DNA of 64,000 nucleotides from Candidatus Poribacteria bacterium. Its GTDB lineage: Bacteria > Poribacteria > WGA-4E > PCPOR2b. The DNA lies in NCBI GenBank assembly GCA_965208325.1, contig OZ242326.1, positions 2,880,001 through 2,944,000 on the forward strand, in the 5' to 3' direction. The position numbers were made by a program, and so were the translations under genes. Below are positions 19,011-30,170 of this stretch, piece after piece; the first letter of the stretch is position 1, and every line of letters begins with the position of its first letter. The notes under the pieces were generated by a model. It was not told the DNA's origin and did not search any database. It worked only from the letters and a program-made list of their open reading frames with translations.

Positions 19011-21695
19011 CTACTTCATAATCAGCATCTTCCGGCTAGCTGAAGAGATCGGGGTATGCAATTTGTAAAAGTAAACACCAGAAGCAACCTGCTCACCCAT
19101 GTTGTTACGGCCGTCCCAATACGCGGCACGCGCCCGGCTATGATAGAAACCTGCGGACTGAAAACCGACCGGCAGCGTGCGAACCAAATTACCCGTAGTA
19201 TCGTATACGGATACCGTCACAGGACTATCTTCCGCGAGCTGATACGGTATCCACGTTTCCGGGTTAAACGGATTCGGGTAGTTCTGCAACAACTGCGTCA
19301 GTTTCGGTTTACCGATACCGTCAAGCCTGACGGACATTACGGCGTCTGCCAGGTGTTCAGTGGTCACTTTGAAACTTACGGCTTGAGATTCAACAACCCC
19401 GCCCGGTCCGATAACGTGCAACTCCACCACATCCCCGATCTCGACAACGCTCCGCCGCGACAGGTCCGCCGTTGCAACGGCGAAGTAATCGCCTTGCACC
19501 GGCGCAGCAATGGTGCTGTTTGTTCGCAAGTTACGGACGACAACGTGATAGCCGTCAAACGCGGGTTTAACTTCGTAGGTAGGGTTGGGTTCCCCAACCC
19601 TACCGCTTACAACGAACGCCCACGCGTTTTGAGCAACCCCCCTGTCCCCCCTTATCAAGGGGGTAATTGTGGGTGCCGCTGCGGTAGACTCTGTTTGATT
19701 TGTCCACGGCGCACCGACGAAGGCGAAATTGCGCGTTTCCGGGACATTGACGATATAACCGCCGCCGCCTTCGATTGAGAAGCCGTCGTTCGGCGCGCTT
19801 GGTGTCCAGGCGATGAAACGCTGGTTTGCCGCATCGATCGTAATAACGGTTGTCGCTCCTGTCAGCGCTGCGAGCGACTTGGCGCTCATGGTAGTTGGCG
19901 GCGCCAACGGCACGGAAATCATGTTCAATCCTTTCGCCAGCGTGACGCGGTAAGTGTTACCGAAATAATCACTCACTGCCTCGGCAACGGGTCTGGCGAT
20001 AAACCCGTGCCTGCGTCCATCTACCGAGACGTAGTTTCCGACGACAGAGCCGTCCTGATTGATATTCCACCCCTCCGTGCTGACGCTGCCCGGCACCTGT
20101 AATGCAGAGCGTCCACGCGCCGATCCGATATAGGTGCGTGGGACATCACCGATCCGTTTGGAGCGGGCAACGAAAATTCCTGCAGTGTTGATTGCATGGA
20201 AAAAATAGTATTCGAGGTTATCGGCATTTTCCAAGTCGATAGATGTAAATTGGCCGTGCGCATGTATATATCCGTGATAAAGCCCCTGAGCGTCGACGTA
20301 ACTCCCTACCAGCCGCCCGGCAGCCACAAAGTCCGCGAAGGTCTCCGAGGCGCCGGGGACTTCAATGACGGCATCGCCGGTGAATCCACGACGCACCCCT
20401 TGAGCGTCCGTGAAATTTCCTGTCAGCACACCTGTTTCATCAGAAATTCCGTATATCTCAGTTTCAACAGCACCGGGGAAATCGTATTGCGTAAGTACCC
20501 CGTTTTCCAAGATAACACCGTGAAATGACCCCTGGCTGTCTTGGTAATGTCCGGCGGCGCGGCCATCATTACCGAGTGCGTAGAAATAGGTGTTTTCCGC
20601 GTTCGGGAAATCGTACCTGGTAAAAACGCCGTCAATGAGCGTAAAGGCAACCATCTTTTGACCGTGAGCACTCCTCGTGTAGCCGGCATAGTCCTCGAAG
20701 TCGCTGCTCGCAGTCAAATGTAGAAATTCTACCCCCGGCACATCAATACTCTCAAACGTATAGTCAGAGAAGGTCGGCTGCAGCGCAGGCGCCCCGGCGG
20801 GTCGGGCGATGAATCCGTATCTGCGTCCATCGGGTAGATTGTAGTATCCGACGACAGAGCCGTCCTGATTGATGTTCCAACCTTCCGTGCTCACGCTCTC
20901 CGGGAATTGTAATTCCACTCGCCCGCGGAATGTACTGACATGGGTGCGCGTGACATCACCGACAAATTTGGAGCGGGTAACGTATACGCCCGCCTTGTTG
21001 ATGCCGTGCACAAGAACGAATTCGATGTGTGCGGCGTTTGGGATGTCAACAGTCCGATACTCGCCATCCGGAGTAAGTACGTAAGTGTGATAGAGTCCGT
21101 CCATATCAATGTAACTGCCGACGAGCCGTCCTTCAGCCACAAAGTCGGCGAAGGTCTCTGCGGCACCGGGCACCTCAATGATGGTGTCCCCTGTGAACCC
21201 GCGCCGAACCCCATCAGCGGCGATAAAATTACCCGTCAGCGCACCTGTTTCATCAGAAATCCCGTATATCTCCGTTTCAACGGAGCCGGGGAAATCGTAT
21301 TGCCGGAGTTCGCCATTTTCTAAGACGACACCGTGATATTGACCATCGCTATCTTCGTAGTGTCCCGCGGCTGTCCCGTCATTACCCAACGCATAGAAGT
21401 AGGTGTTCATTGAATCCGGGAAATCATGGCGCGTAAAAACGCCATCTATGAGCGTGAAGGCGACCATTTTGCCGCCGTCCGTACTTTTCGTGTAGCCTGC
21501 ATAGTCCTCGAATTCGCTGCTGGCGGTCAATGCTAAAAAGTCTACATCCGGAACTTCAATACTCTCGAAGGTATAGTCGGCAGCGGTTTCAGTGTTGTCT
21601 TGTGCAGCCGTGTCTTTTAGGAACAAGGAATTGAGGCAAAAAAACAACGTAAACGCGTTAAACAAGAAACTTTTTTTAATCTGAGTGGTTATCAT
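19011..21695 (-). CDS. Secreted protein with a duplicated beta-propeller-like unit and FlgD-Ig/T9SS-like C-terminus, paralog 2
   Basis: Full-length similarity to 14325-17030; AAGGAG RBS before ATG at 21695. Confidence 0.9.
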   Translation of the reverse strand: MITTQIKKSFLFNAFTLFFCLNSLFLKDTAAQDNTETAADYTFESIEVPDVDFLALTASSEFEDYAGYTKSTDGGKMVAFTLIDGVFTRHDFPDSMNTYFYALGNDGTAAGHYEDSDGQYHGVVLENGELRQYDFPGSVETEIYGISDETGALTGNFIAADGVRRGFTGDTIIEVPGAAETFADFVAEGRLVGSYIDMDGLYHTYVLTPDGEYRTVDIPNAAHIEFVLVHGINKAGVYVTRSKFVGDVTRTHVSTFRGRVELQFPESVSTEGWNINQDGSVVGYYNLPDGRRYGFIARPAGAPALQPTFSDYTFESIDVPGVEFLHLTASSDFEDYAGYTRSAHGQKMVAFTLIDGVFTRYDFPNAENTYFYALGNDGRAAGHYQDSQGSFHGVILENGVLTQYDFPGAVETEIYGISDETGVLTGNFTDAQGVRRGFTGDAVIEVPGASETFADFVAAGRLVGSYVDAQGLYHGYIHAHGQFTSIDLENADNLEYYFFHAINTAGIFVARSKRIGDVPRTYIGSARGRSALQVPGSVSTEGWNINQDGSVVGNYVSVDGRRHGFIARPVAEAVSDYFGNTYRVTLAKGLNMISVPLAPPTTMSAKSLAALTGATTVITIDAANQRFIAWTPSAPNDGFSIEGGGGYIVNVPETRNFAFVGAPWTNQTESTAAAPTITPLIRGDRGVAQNAWAFVVSGRVGEPNPTYEVKPAFDGYHVVVRNLRTNSTIAAPVQGDYFAVATADLSRRSVVEIGDVVELHVIGPGGVVESQAVSFKVTTEHLADAVMSVRLDGIGKPKLTQLLQNYPNPFNPETWIPYQLAEDSPVTVSVYDTTGNLVRTLPVGFQSAGFYHSRARAAYWDGRNNMGEQVASGVYFYKLHTPISSASRKMLIMK

Positions 21696-21802
21696 GAAAA
21701 ACTCCTTTTGCGTAAAACGTGATGGGTAATTCGTAATGAGTAAACGTAATGCGTAATGAGAAAAAGCAGATGCTGCCAATTAGTGCTTTCATTTGATGCC
21801 CC

Positions 21803-22177
21803 TTACATCTGCGGTCTTTTACCGCGCCATTTAGGAATATTCGGGATGCTAGACGGATCCACATAGGGGGCGGGTTCTGAGAACAGGCGTCCGGGAACAG
21901 CGGGCGGTGCGCCGCCGTCAATGGAGCTGAGTCCCACGGGTAGCTTGGCAGTGTGCAGCGGGCGACGGGGTGGGGTTCTGAAATTTAAGTCGCCTTCTTC
22001 CTGCTGCGGTTTTTCCGGCTCTAATGGATGGCTGCGGATATGTGCTTCCATGAAAATCACGCTAATACCGCTCTTTTCGTTTAACGGGCCTTCTTTATCG
22101 TAGGCGGCGGCGAATATTACCCACAAGACGGTTGCGACGAACACAACCGCGATCAGGGCGCTAATCAACACTTTCAT
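21803..22177 (-). CDS. Membrane-anchored hypothetical protein with YVDPSSIPxIPKWRGK C-terminus
   Basis: N-terminal TM helix; C-terminal motif shared with 41542-41883. Confidence 0.65.
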   Translation of the reverse strand: MKVLISALIAVVFVATVLWVIFAAAYDKEGPLNEKSGISVIFMEAHIRSHPLEPEKPQQEEGDLNFRTPPRRPLHTAKLPVGLSSIDGGAPPAVPGRLFSEPAPYVDPSSIPNIPKWRGKRPQM

Positions 22178-22191
22178 TGTTTGCTTCCTAC

Positions 22192-22425
22192 TCAGAGAAT
22201 ACCTAGGATTTCTTCGGGGTCGTCGTTGGTATCACTATATGCAATCGTAATTTCACCGCCAGGGAGTGGGATTACGACATTTACACATCGCGGATCCCCG
22301 ACCGATCTTTCAACAACCCTGCAAATGTCGACGATCAATTCATTTCCACTTAGGCGGGGACGGATTTCTATAAAATCGTCACCATTTCCGTACATCGATG
22401 GGTTTAAGTAGTTCATCTCTGGCAT
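22192..22425 (-). CDS. Small hypothetical protein
   Basis: GAGGAG RBS; preceded by the palindromic site. Confidence 0.6.
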   Translation of the reverse strand: MPEMNYLNPSMYGNGDDFIEIRPRLSGNELIVDICRVVERSVGDPRCVNVVIPLPGGEITIAYSDTNDDPEEILGIL

Positions 22426-22447
22426 AAAAACCTCCTCTTTTTGTGAA

Positions 22448-22474
22448 ATGTCCGATAAGAGACATATCGGACAT
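22448..22474. promoter_or_regulatory. Palindromic site, copy 2 (5-bp spacer)
   Basis: ATGTCCGATAA-GAGAC-ATATCGGACAT. Confidence 0.55.
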
Positions 22475-22585
22475 TTTTTTCAGCGGAAAAATGGTGAGGG
22501 GGCGAGCCCTTTTTGGGCGAAAAAGCCCCGGTTAGTGTTTTGCCCGCGCCCAGCCCTTTAGAAGCGCGTATCTATCGACGAGTAT

Positions 22586-23491
22586 TTAATCCTCAATTTT
22601 GAACCGATACGGAATAATTATACGAATTGAGACCGGTTTACCGTCTTTTTGAGCCGGAGTAAATCGTGACCGTTTCAACGCCTCAATTGCTTCTTCATCG
22701 CATCCATAGCCTAAAGGTTGGATAACCTCAATATCGCTTGCTTTGCCGTCAATTCCAATCGTGGCTTTTAACTTCACTACGCCTTCTTTTCCGGCATTCC
22801 GGGCGCGTTCCGGATACTTCGGCTTTGGTTTATGGACGGCTTTAGGCGGTACAGTGTTTTCCGTTATGTCCACGACGGGTACGTTGACAGTGTCGTCTAG
22901 CCCAATATCTGCGTCCGGGATGTCTGTCTCCATCTCGTTAAAAATTGATGGTCTGCCAGGTTTGGTGGGGGCAATCTTCGGCAATTCAGGTTCAATGCTT
23001 GGGCGTTCCCCTTCGGCGATTGGCGGCCTTTCAATTCTCGGTATCTCCGGCGGTGCATCAGGTGAGGCAATATCGAGATTATCTGAAGGGATAGTGATTT
23101 CGCCTGGGCCGGATGGAATATCCACCGGTTTTACCGGTTGACTGGGTTGGATAGTCTCAGTTTGCCGTATTTCGGGTTTAATTGTCTTGGCTTCACGCTC
23201 AGGTTCACGACGAATTGGTTTGATTTTCTCCGCATCAAACATATCAGCGACCACTACATCATCATCGTGAATGGCGACATTTTTGGCAATGTGAAAAGCT
23301 ACAAACAGCATGATGACCAAATGAAAAGCGAGAGATACAATCCACCCAAGAGATTTAGACACGCGATTCCGCTTTCTTTGCCGCCGTTCTAAAATCGGCT
23401 GAACCGCAGGAATCGGGCGTTTGCGTTCATGATTTAGCGAATTCGACTTCGATTGAAATTCCTTGGTGTTTTCAACATTATGGTTGGACAT
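22586..23491 (-). CDS. tonB: TonB-family energy transducer
   Basis: SLAFH TM helix, Pro-rich linker, PKYPERAR..EGVV..GCDEEA..RFTPA C-terminal domain. Confidence 0.85.
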   Translation of the reverse strand: MSNHNVENTKEFQSKSNSLNHERKRPIPAVQPILERRQRKRNRVSKSLGWIVSLAFHLVIMLFVAFHIAKNVAIHDDDVVVADMFDAEKIKPIRREPEREAKTIKPEIRQTETIQPSQPVKPVDIPSGPGEITIPSDNLDIASPDAPPEIPRIERPPIAEGERPSIEPELPKIAPTKPGRPSIFNEMETDIPDADIGLDDTVNVPVVDITENTVPPKAVHKPKPKYPERARNAGKEGVVKLKATIGIDGKASDIEVIQPLGYGCDEEAIEALKRSRFTPAQKDGKPVSIRIIIPYRFKIED

Positions 23492-24002
23492 GGTTCGAAA
23501 ATCTCCTTTCTGTTTTGAGCGCATCAAGTTATTGACGGCGCTAGATTGTAATTCTACTTGACTTTAAATTACCAGTAACCGAATGTCTTCTCCCTATGTG
23601 TCAATACTCGATCGAGGGTAACGAGAGCATCAGTCCTAACCGGTGCGGCGTAATGAGTAATGCGTAATACGTATTGCGTAATGAGTCTTTGTAGGTTGGG
23701 TTGAGCGGTGTAGACAACAAGGATTTCAATCCGTCGCGTGCGTTACGCGGTTTGATTTCGTTCGAATACATGATTGACCGAGCGTAACGTAACGCTTTTC
23801 GTATAGTCATATCGGTTCATATTTACGCGAGGAGGAATCGACCGATTAATTATCAAGGCTAGGAAGCCTATCCTACAAACCAATAGTAAAGGAATATTTT
23901 TAGATATAAAGACTATCGCCATCGCTATTCGCTCAGTCGATCGCTCAACCCAACCTACAAATACTGTTCGCCGGCAGGAGTTAGTCGAAATAGTCGAAAT
24001 CG

Positions 24003-24266
24003 CTAGGTCGAACTTCCGAAGCTAACCAATACAAAGACAAGAAAAACTCCGACGATGAATCCGAATTCGTACCACCGGCCGTTGTTGTTTAATTCGTAGA
24101 TGCCCACGTCTGTGAAGATGCTGGCGATTAAGGTGAAGACGCAAATCAAGCCGTGCCAAACTCCGCTGAAAAAGCCGGCGCGTTCGTAAGGAGTAGCGTC
24201 GCCGGGGAAACAGCTTGAGAATACAAACACAACGAGAAGTAGGGTTACCAATCTTAGGTATTTCAT
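24003..24266 (-). CDS. Small membrane lipoprotein
   Basis: Lipobox FSS-C, AGFFSGVWHG and YELNNNGRWYEFGF; the upstream ORF extension is REP-derived. Confidence 0.65.
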   Translation of the reverse strand: MKYLRLVTLLLVVFVFSSCFPGDATPYERAGFFSGVWHGLICVFTLIASIFTDVGIYELNNNGRWYEFGFIVGVFLVFVLVSFGSST

Positions 24267-25235
24267 GATTCCGCCTTTACTTTCTTCGCGTAAGGTTATC
24301 AGCTTTTGTAGGTTGGGGTAAGCGGTGTAGACAACAAAACATCGTAATGCCGCGTGGGTTACATGGTTTGATTGCGTTAAAAAATTTGATTGACGGAGCG
24401 TAACCCTACGGTTCTTGTAATAGCTATGTCGGTTGATATTTACACATTGGGGAAGCGACTGATCGATAATCGAGGCTAGGAAGCCTGTCCCACAAACCAA
24501 TAGGCATCTGTAATGTTTTTTGTCGCAATGACCGTAAATTCAAAGTGAGTAATGAGTAAACGTAATGTGTAAAGCGTAATTAGTAATGCGTAATGAGCTT
24601 CTGCAGGTTGGGTTGAGTGGTGTAAACTACAAAAATCTCATAGTACCCGGTTTATTCGGTGTTATCCGCTTAACCCAACCTACAAAAACTGATTCTCTGA
24701 AGAAATAGCCCGCATTTCCGTGTCAAATTTCCAGCTGGATTTTCGCGGGTGTTTTTTTGCCCCCTCTAGCTCCCCCTTGTAAAGCTTACTATTACCCACA
24801 TCTTAATGGAGGGTGCTAGAATCTGCGCACAACCCAACCTATAACCTCCCCTAACCCCGCCTTAGTAAGGAGGGGAATGATTATTGTAATGAGTCGACAA
24901 GGCGTTCTCACTGTAGGAGAGGCATCCCTGCCTCGACAATCGGCAGAAGGATTTCCCGCCCACAGCGTGGCTCCGTGCGAATTTCTGGACTTGTGGGTAA
25001 TAGTAAGCTTGTGAAGGGGGAGAATTTTTTTTTGCCTCTTGTCGGTTCAGCGGTTCTGGAGGTGAAGACTTGAAGACTATCGACCTCCCTATTCGGTCGG
25101 TTGATCCTTCGCTATCCGCTCGGTTGATCCCAACCTAAAGAAATTCCAAGTTGAGTCGGGAGGAACCCCTCCCGAACTTCGGAAAGAGACCGAGTTTTGC
25201 AGAAAAAACTCGGTCTCTCTTGCCAATCTTGCAGT

Positions 25236-27524
25236 TTACTTGACGATTACCATCCGCCGTAATGCGGTATACTCCCCCGCACGGAGTTGATAAAAATACA
25301 GACCACTCGCTACGTGCTCACCGAATTCGTTTGTACCATCCCAATACGCGGCTTTCGTCCTATCCGTATAATTGCCCGCTGCTTGATGCCCTAAATCCAA
25401 CCAGCGCACCAGCTCACCTTTGGAATCGTATATCGAAATTTGCACATCGGCGTGGTTCGACAGATGGTACGGTATCCACGTCTCAGGATTAAACGGATTC
25501 GGGAAATTCGGCAGCAGTTCAGCCGACTGCTGCGGCGCAGTGTCTCCACGTTCGATGACTTCGTCCGTGTCTTCCATATCCTCTAAATCGTCCAATGCCA
25601 CACCCAAATCCCACAGGTGAATCACATTGTCGTAACCGCCGCTTGCAAGTATCCCGCCCCGGCTGACAGCTATACTCCGACCCCACTCGGTATGGCGTTC
25701 TAGCACGTGGAGCGGCGTGCCCGCTGCCGAGTCCCAAAGCCTGACGCTATTATCCTTACCCGTACTGGCAAGTATTTCACCATTCGGGTGGAATGCCGTG
25801 CTGAATACCCAGCCGGTATGCCCGGCAAGAACGCGGCTTGATTCTGTCTCGAGATTCCACAACCGGACGCTGCCATCCGCGCCGGCACTGGCAAGCGTGT
25901 TGCCATCATCGAACGCGACGCTCAATACCTGTTCCTCATGTCCGGAGAATTCCTTTGTGATTTCACCGGTTTCAGGATTCCACAGCCGGACAATCGCATC
26001 GCCGCCGCTGCTGGCGAGCATGTCCCCGCTCGGATGGAAGGCGACGCTCCAGGCGCGAACCGAGTGCGCACGTATGCGATGCTTGCGCTCAACTCTACTC
26101 AAGTTGGAAATGTCCCAAATGGAAATATGCCCATACTCTGTCCCAGTTGCCAGGGTGTTCCCGTCCGGACTGAAGTCTATGCCCCAAACTGTACCGCCCG
26201 GTCTGATAATTCGTTTGATTCGCCCCGTATCAAGGTCCCACAACAACACTCTGGCATCCATGCCGCCGCTCGCCAATGTGTTGCCGTCCGGACTGAATGC
26301 AACCGAGCGCACCGAAAACCGATGACCTTCAAGCGTCCGTATGAGTTCCCGTGTTTCAACCTCCCACAACCGGACGGTTTTATCTTTGTGCGCACTGGCA
26401 AGGATTTCCCCGCTCGGACTGAAAGCGACGCCGTATACCCGCTGCGTCCCGGTATCGCCCGGATTCGATGTAGCTTCAATTGTGTCAATGTATGTGGGTT
26501 CGGGAAATAACGGCGTTGCTGTAGCAGTAAACACAACCGTCTCATCTACTCCGGCGGCTGACGCTTCCACGGCAAACTCGCCCGGACTATCACCAAGCGT
26601 GAGCCTGGCAGAGGCTTGCCCAGCGGCGTCTGTGGTGGACGTTGGATGGTTCAATGCGCCAACCCCGGTGAGGACGGTAAAGGTGACGGTCGTGCCCGCT
26701 AGCGGGGCGTCGTACTGGTCGCTAACCTTTACGACAAACGGGTCTGCCAACACGCTGCCGATGAGTCCCGTCTGGTTATCTCCGGAGATTTTCTCCAATC
26801 GCACCGCCTTCGGGCGTGAGGGGTCAACGGTTACGGTAAATTCTGTATAGATGTCGGGTGTATCGCTTGGATAGGCTTTGACGATGTATTGTCCCGCTGC
26901 ATCGGTGCCGAGGGTGAGCGTCGTCGTGGCGCGTCCATTTGCATCTGTCGTTGCCGTCACAGGATTCAACGATGCGCTGGATTCGTCTCCGGAGTCAATA
27001 GAAAAAGTCAAATCTACGTCCGGCATGGGGTTTCCGTCCGCATCCCGCAATTCGACAGTAAGTCTCTGGCTTTCCCCGGGGCTAGTGACATGATTGTCGT
27101 CCGAGACATTTACCAGTTTCGGCGATGGCGGAGTTGGACACGATGGCTTACCAGTTATTATAAAGTTAATATTAGAGGTGGGGCGGGGATCTCTAGTGAG
27201 CCGCACTGTGACTGTATATGTGCCGCAGGCATTCGCATTAAAGTGCAATTCAAACCATGCACGGCCATCGTCATCAGTTGCGGATGGGGCAGACAGCGTC
27301 GCAGTCCCGTTGTTTGGACTGAGGCCCCACGTCAAGGCCCCTCCTATAGGGTTGCATGTGGGCGCGCAAAGCACCAGCCCGAATTCGTAGCGAACGCCCG
27401 GCCATCCGGGCTCAACTTGCAGGGTATGACTCTCACTGGCAACCGCACCTAACGGTACTGAGAGACAGATAAACAGTAGATAGATGAGACCAATTGTTTG
27501 CTTTTCGATAGGGGCGCTTGACAC
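25236..27524 (-). CDS. Secreted protein with Big_1 Ig domains, WD40 propeller and FlgD-Ig/T9SS-like C-terminus
   Basis: GH..SVAFSPDG..LASG..D..VRLWD repeats; NFPNPFNPETWIPY. Confidence 0.9.
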   Translation of the reverse strand: MSSAPIEKQTIGLIYLLFICLSVPLGAVASESHTLQVEPGWPGVRYEFGLVLCAPTCNPIGGALTWGLSPNNGTATLSAPSATDDDGRAWFELHFNANACGTYTVTVRLTRDPRPTSNINFIITGKPSCPTPPSPKLVNVSDDNHVTSPGESQRLTVELRDADGNPMPDVDLTFSIDSGDESSASLNPVTATTDANGRATTTLTLGTDAAGQYIVKAYPSDTPDIYTEFTVTVDPSRPKAVRLEKISGDNQTGLIGSVLADPFVVKVSDQYDAPLAGTTVTFTVLTGVGALNHPTSTTDAAGQASARLTLGDSPGEFAVEASAAGVDETVVFTATATPLFPEPTYIDTIEATSNPGDTGTQRVYGVAFSPSGEILASAHKDKTVRLWEVETRELIRTLEGHRFSVRSVAFSPDGNTLASGGMDARVLLWDLDTGRIKRIIRPGGTVWGIDFSPDGNTLATGTEYGHISIWDISNLSRVERKHRIRAHSVRAWSVAFHPSGDMLASSGGDAIVRLWNPETGEITKEFSGHEEQVLSVAFDDGNTLASAGADGSVRLWNLETESSRVLAGHTGWVFSTAFHPNGEILASTGKDNSVRLWDSAAGTPLHVLERHTEWGRSIAVSRGGILASGGYDNVIHLWDLGVALDDLEDMEDTDEVIERGDTAPQQSAELLPNFPNPFNPETWIPYHLSNHADVQISIYDSKGELVRWLDLGHQAAGNYTDRTKAAYWDGTNEFGEHVASGLYFYQLRAGEYTALRRMVIVK

Positions 27525-27883
27525 TTGAGAGTCTCCGATTCAACACGATCCAATAACTACTGGCAGTGGATTGACAAACTGCATTGCCTTAGATTGGATA
27601 TCTATAGTCATTTGTGAGTAATGCGTAAAACGTAAAGCGTAATGAGAAAAAGCGTTGGGTTAGGCTTTGCGATTCTTGCCAAGAGCGGCGTCATATTTTA
27701 GGAATGGTAGACTATGCTTTGTGCGCATTCGGCATTTTCCGCTTTACCCAACCTACAAAATCTCGTCATCAAAAATTCCTCCTTTCTTTATTCTAGCAGT
27801 CCGTTCTTGATTGCATCAGGAAGTGCAATTTAATCAATCTGAGCCGCCTTTTTAATATACGACCAGGCTGATTTACTGATTTA

Positions 27884-27953
27884 GGCGACGGGCTTTTGCT
27901 GGCGGAAAGGATGGGGTGCTGTAAACCCCAAAAAGCGCCAGCTGCCCGTCATT
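27884..27953 (-). repeat. Stem-loop family member
   Basis: Minus strand ATGACGGGCAGCTGGCG...CGCCAGCAAAAGCCCGTCGCC. Confidence 0.7.
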
Positions 27954-28051
27954 TAGACCTTAGGATTGTTTTTGATCGCACCGGGGAGTGCAATAGTCGC
28001 ATTGTGGGCGAATTGTGGATAACTTTGCACGCTCTCGGTTATTTCACGTGT

Positions 28052-28228
28052 TCACTTTTTGACCTCCTGAAACGCCTCTTGAACGCCGAACGGCACGCAT
28101 TGATTCCAATTGAAACACCAGCACATCAAACGGCCGAACAGTTCCTCGTTCTCTAATATTTCGCCGGATTCGATTGCGCGAACAACTTCCTGCGCTTGAC
28201 CCATTGGAACGCTATCAGAATTCGACAT
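28052..28228 (-). CDS. 58-aa hypothetical protein (below ORF-track cutoff)
   Basis: GGAG RBS; MSNSDSVPMGQAQEVVRAIESGE... Confidence 0.4.
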   Translation of the reverse strand: MSNSDSVPMGQAQEVVRAIESGEILENEELFGRLMCWCFNWNQCVPFGVQEAFQEVKK

Positions 28229-28326
28229 TACTCACTCCGTGTGTTCTTGGTTAGGCTATGTAATTTCAAAGAGTTCTACAGGCGCAACGCGGACGGCGGC
28301 GGCAAGTTGGCGCGTGCGCGGTGATG

Positions 28327-29298
28327 CTACCATTCAACCGGTTCCGTGAGGGAAGCGTTTCCATCTTTTAACTCATTCCTGGCTCTAAACCGCCCGTATC
28401 TAGCGTACTTAAAACCCGGTCTCAGACGTATCGCCTCATCGAAGTCTTGAATCGCGGCGGCGTATTGTTCCAGTTCATATTTCGCCCTACCCCGATAACA
28501 ATACGCGTCGGCATAATCCGGTGTCATGCGAATCGCCTCGGTATAGTCGTGAACGCTAGCCGCATAATGTCCTATCTCATACTTCGCCCTACCACGCCAG
28601 TAGTAGGCGTCAACATAATCCCGTTCCAAGCGTATCACTTCGTCGTAGTCGTGAACACAAGCAGCATATTGTCCTAACTTAAACTTTGCCGTACCTCGCC
28701 AGTAATAATAAGCAGCAACATTATCTTCATGCCTAATCGCAGCGTCGAAGTCCGCCAGCGATGCGGAATATTGTCTTAGCTTATACTTTGCCCTGCCGCG
28801 CCAATAATGGCAGTCATCTAAATGACTAAGACTGAGTCGTATAGCGGCGTCAAAGTCTGGAATCGATGCGGCGTATTGTCTAAAGGCGTATTTCGCTACG
28901 CCGCAGGCGTAGTAAGCGTCCGCAAATTTTGGATTAAATAGAATCGCAGCATCGAATTCCGCAATCGCATCAGCGTATTGCTCGAGTTCATACATTTGCG
29001 CACCATGCTCAAAATAACGAATGGCATGGGATTCTCTATGCAGTTGGTGCGTCCGAGTTCTTGACGGACGGTCTCTTTCCGGTCGCGGACTTTCCTCCTT
29101 TGCGGGTTTGCCTTTCACAAGTTGATTGGTAATTACTTCGTATGCGTTTTGGACAAGTATAAAGCGAAGTTTTGCACCGGAGGACGGATCCTTGTCCGGG
29201 TGCATGACTTTCACGCGGTCACGATAGGCTTTCTTGGCATCGTCTAGTGTCGCATTGGATACCAGCCCCAAAATGCGAAATGCTTCCTTTCGTGTCAT
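28327..29298 (-). CDS. J-domain (DnaJ-like) + TPR repeat protein
   Basis: N-terminal J domain with HPD; several AYY.RG.AK TPR repeats. Confidence 0.9.
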   Translation of the reverse strand: MTRKEAFRILGLVSNATLDDAKKAYRDRVKVMHPDKDPSSGAKLRFILVQNAYEVITNQLVKGKPAKEESPRPERDRPSRTRTHQLHRESHAIRYFEHGAQMYELEQYADAIAEFDAAILFNPKFADAYYACGVAKYAFRQYAASIPDFDAAIRLSLSHLDDCHYWRGRAKYKLRQYSASLADFDAAIRHEDNVAAYYYWRGTAKFKLGQYAACVHDYDEVIRLERDYVDAYYWRGRAKYEIGHYAASVHDYTEAIRMTPDYADAYCYRGRAKYELEQYAAAIQDFDEAIRLRPGFKYARYGRFRARNELKDGNASLTEPVEW

Positions 29299-30170
29299 AG
29301 TGAGTAATGAGTAAAACGTAATGCTTAATGAGTTTTTGTAGGTTGGTTTGAACGGAGTAGACTATAAGAATATAAATGCGTCGCGTGTTTTATGCGGTTC
29401 GATTGCGTTAGAAAATTTGAATAATGGAGCGTGACTCAAAGCATTTAGTTATGGTCATTTCGGCTCATACTTGAATACGGAGGAATTGACTAATTTATAA
29501 TCGAGGCTAGGAAGCCTCTCCCACTGTAATTACCCCCTCTAGCTCCCCCTTGTAAAGGGGGAGAATTTTTTTGTCTCTTTTTGATACAGCGGTTCTTGAG
29601 GGGAAGGTTCGAAGACTCGAAGGCTTAGGGACTATCGTCTTCGCTGTCCGTTCAGTTGATGCCAACCTACAAAAACGGTTAACCCTCCGAGTCCATAGCC
29701 TGATTGCATTGATAAGCCTACGCGGCTAGTACCGCGAAAACCAAAAACGAGTAAGCAACTAATACAACACAGCATAGTAACTTCATTGGTGATTTCCTTA
29801 TCTCTTGTTTAACTCGTGAATTCGGACGAATCAGTGCAGTCGGCGAATTATGAACAGGAATTAGGTAAATTCCACCGAATGCGGTGGCTAATATGAGTGC
29901 GAGATATATCCATTCAAGCATTTTTCAATCCGATCTGAGTAGCGACAGCGAGTGCAGTTTTTGTAGGTTTAGATCAGCGGTGTAGACAATGCGCCGCGTG
30001 CGTTACATGGTTTGACTGCGTTAGGAAATAAGATTAATGGAGTGTAACCAACCTACAAAATTTGAAAAAGACTATCGCTAATCGCTCAGTTGATCCTAAC
30101 CTACAACAGCCTACCTACCTTTCAGTTGGCGTTTCATCGCAAAATAGGCCGTTACCCCTAAGTGTCAAGC

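Noticed and set aside
14325..21695. Diversity-generating retroelement template/variable repeat pair
   Set aside because: Differences between repeats are not adenine-specific, and no reverse transcriptase is present.
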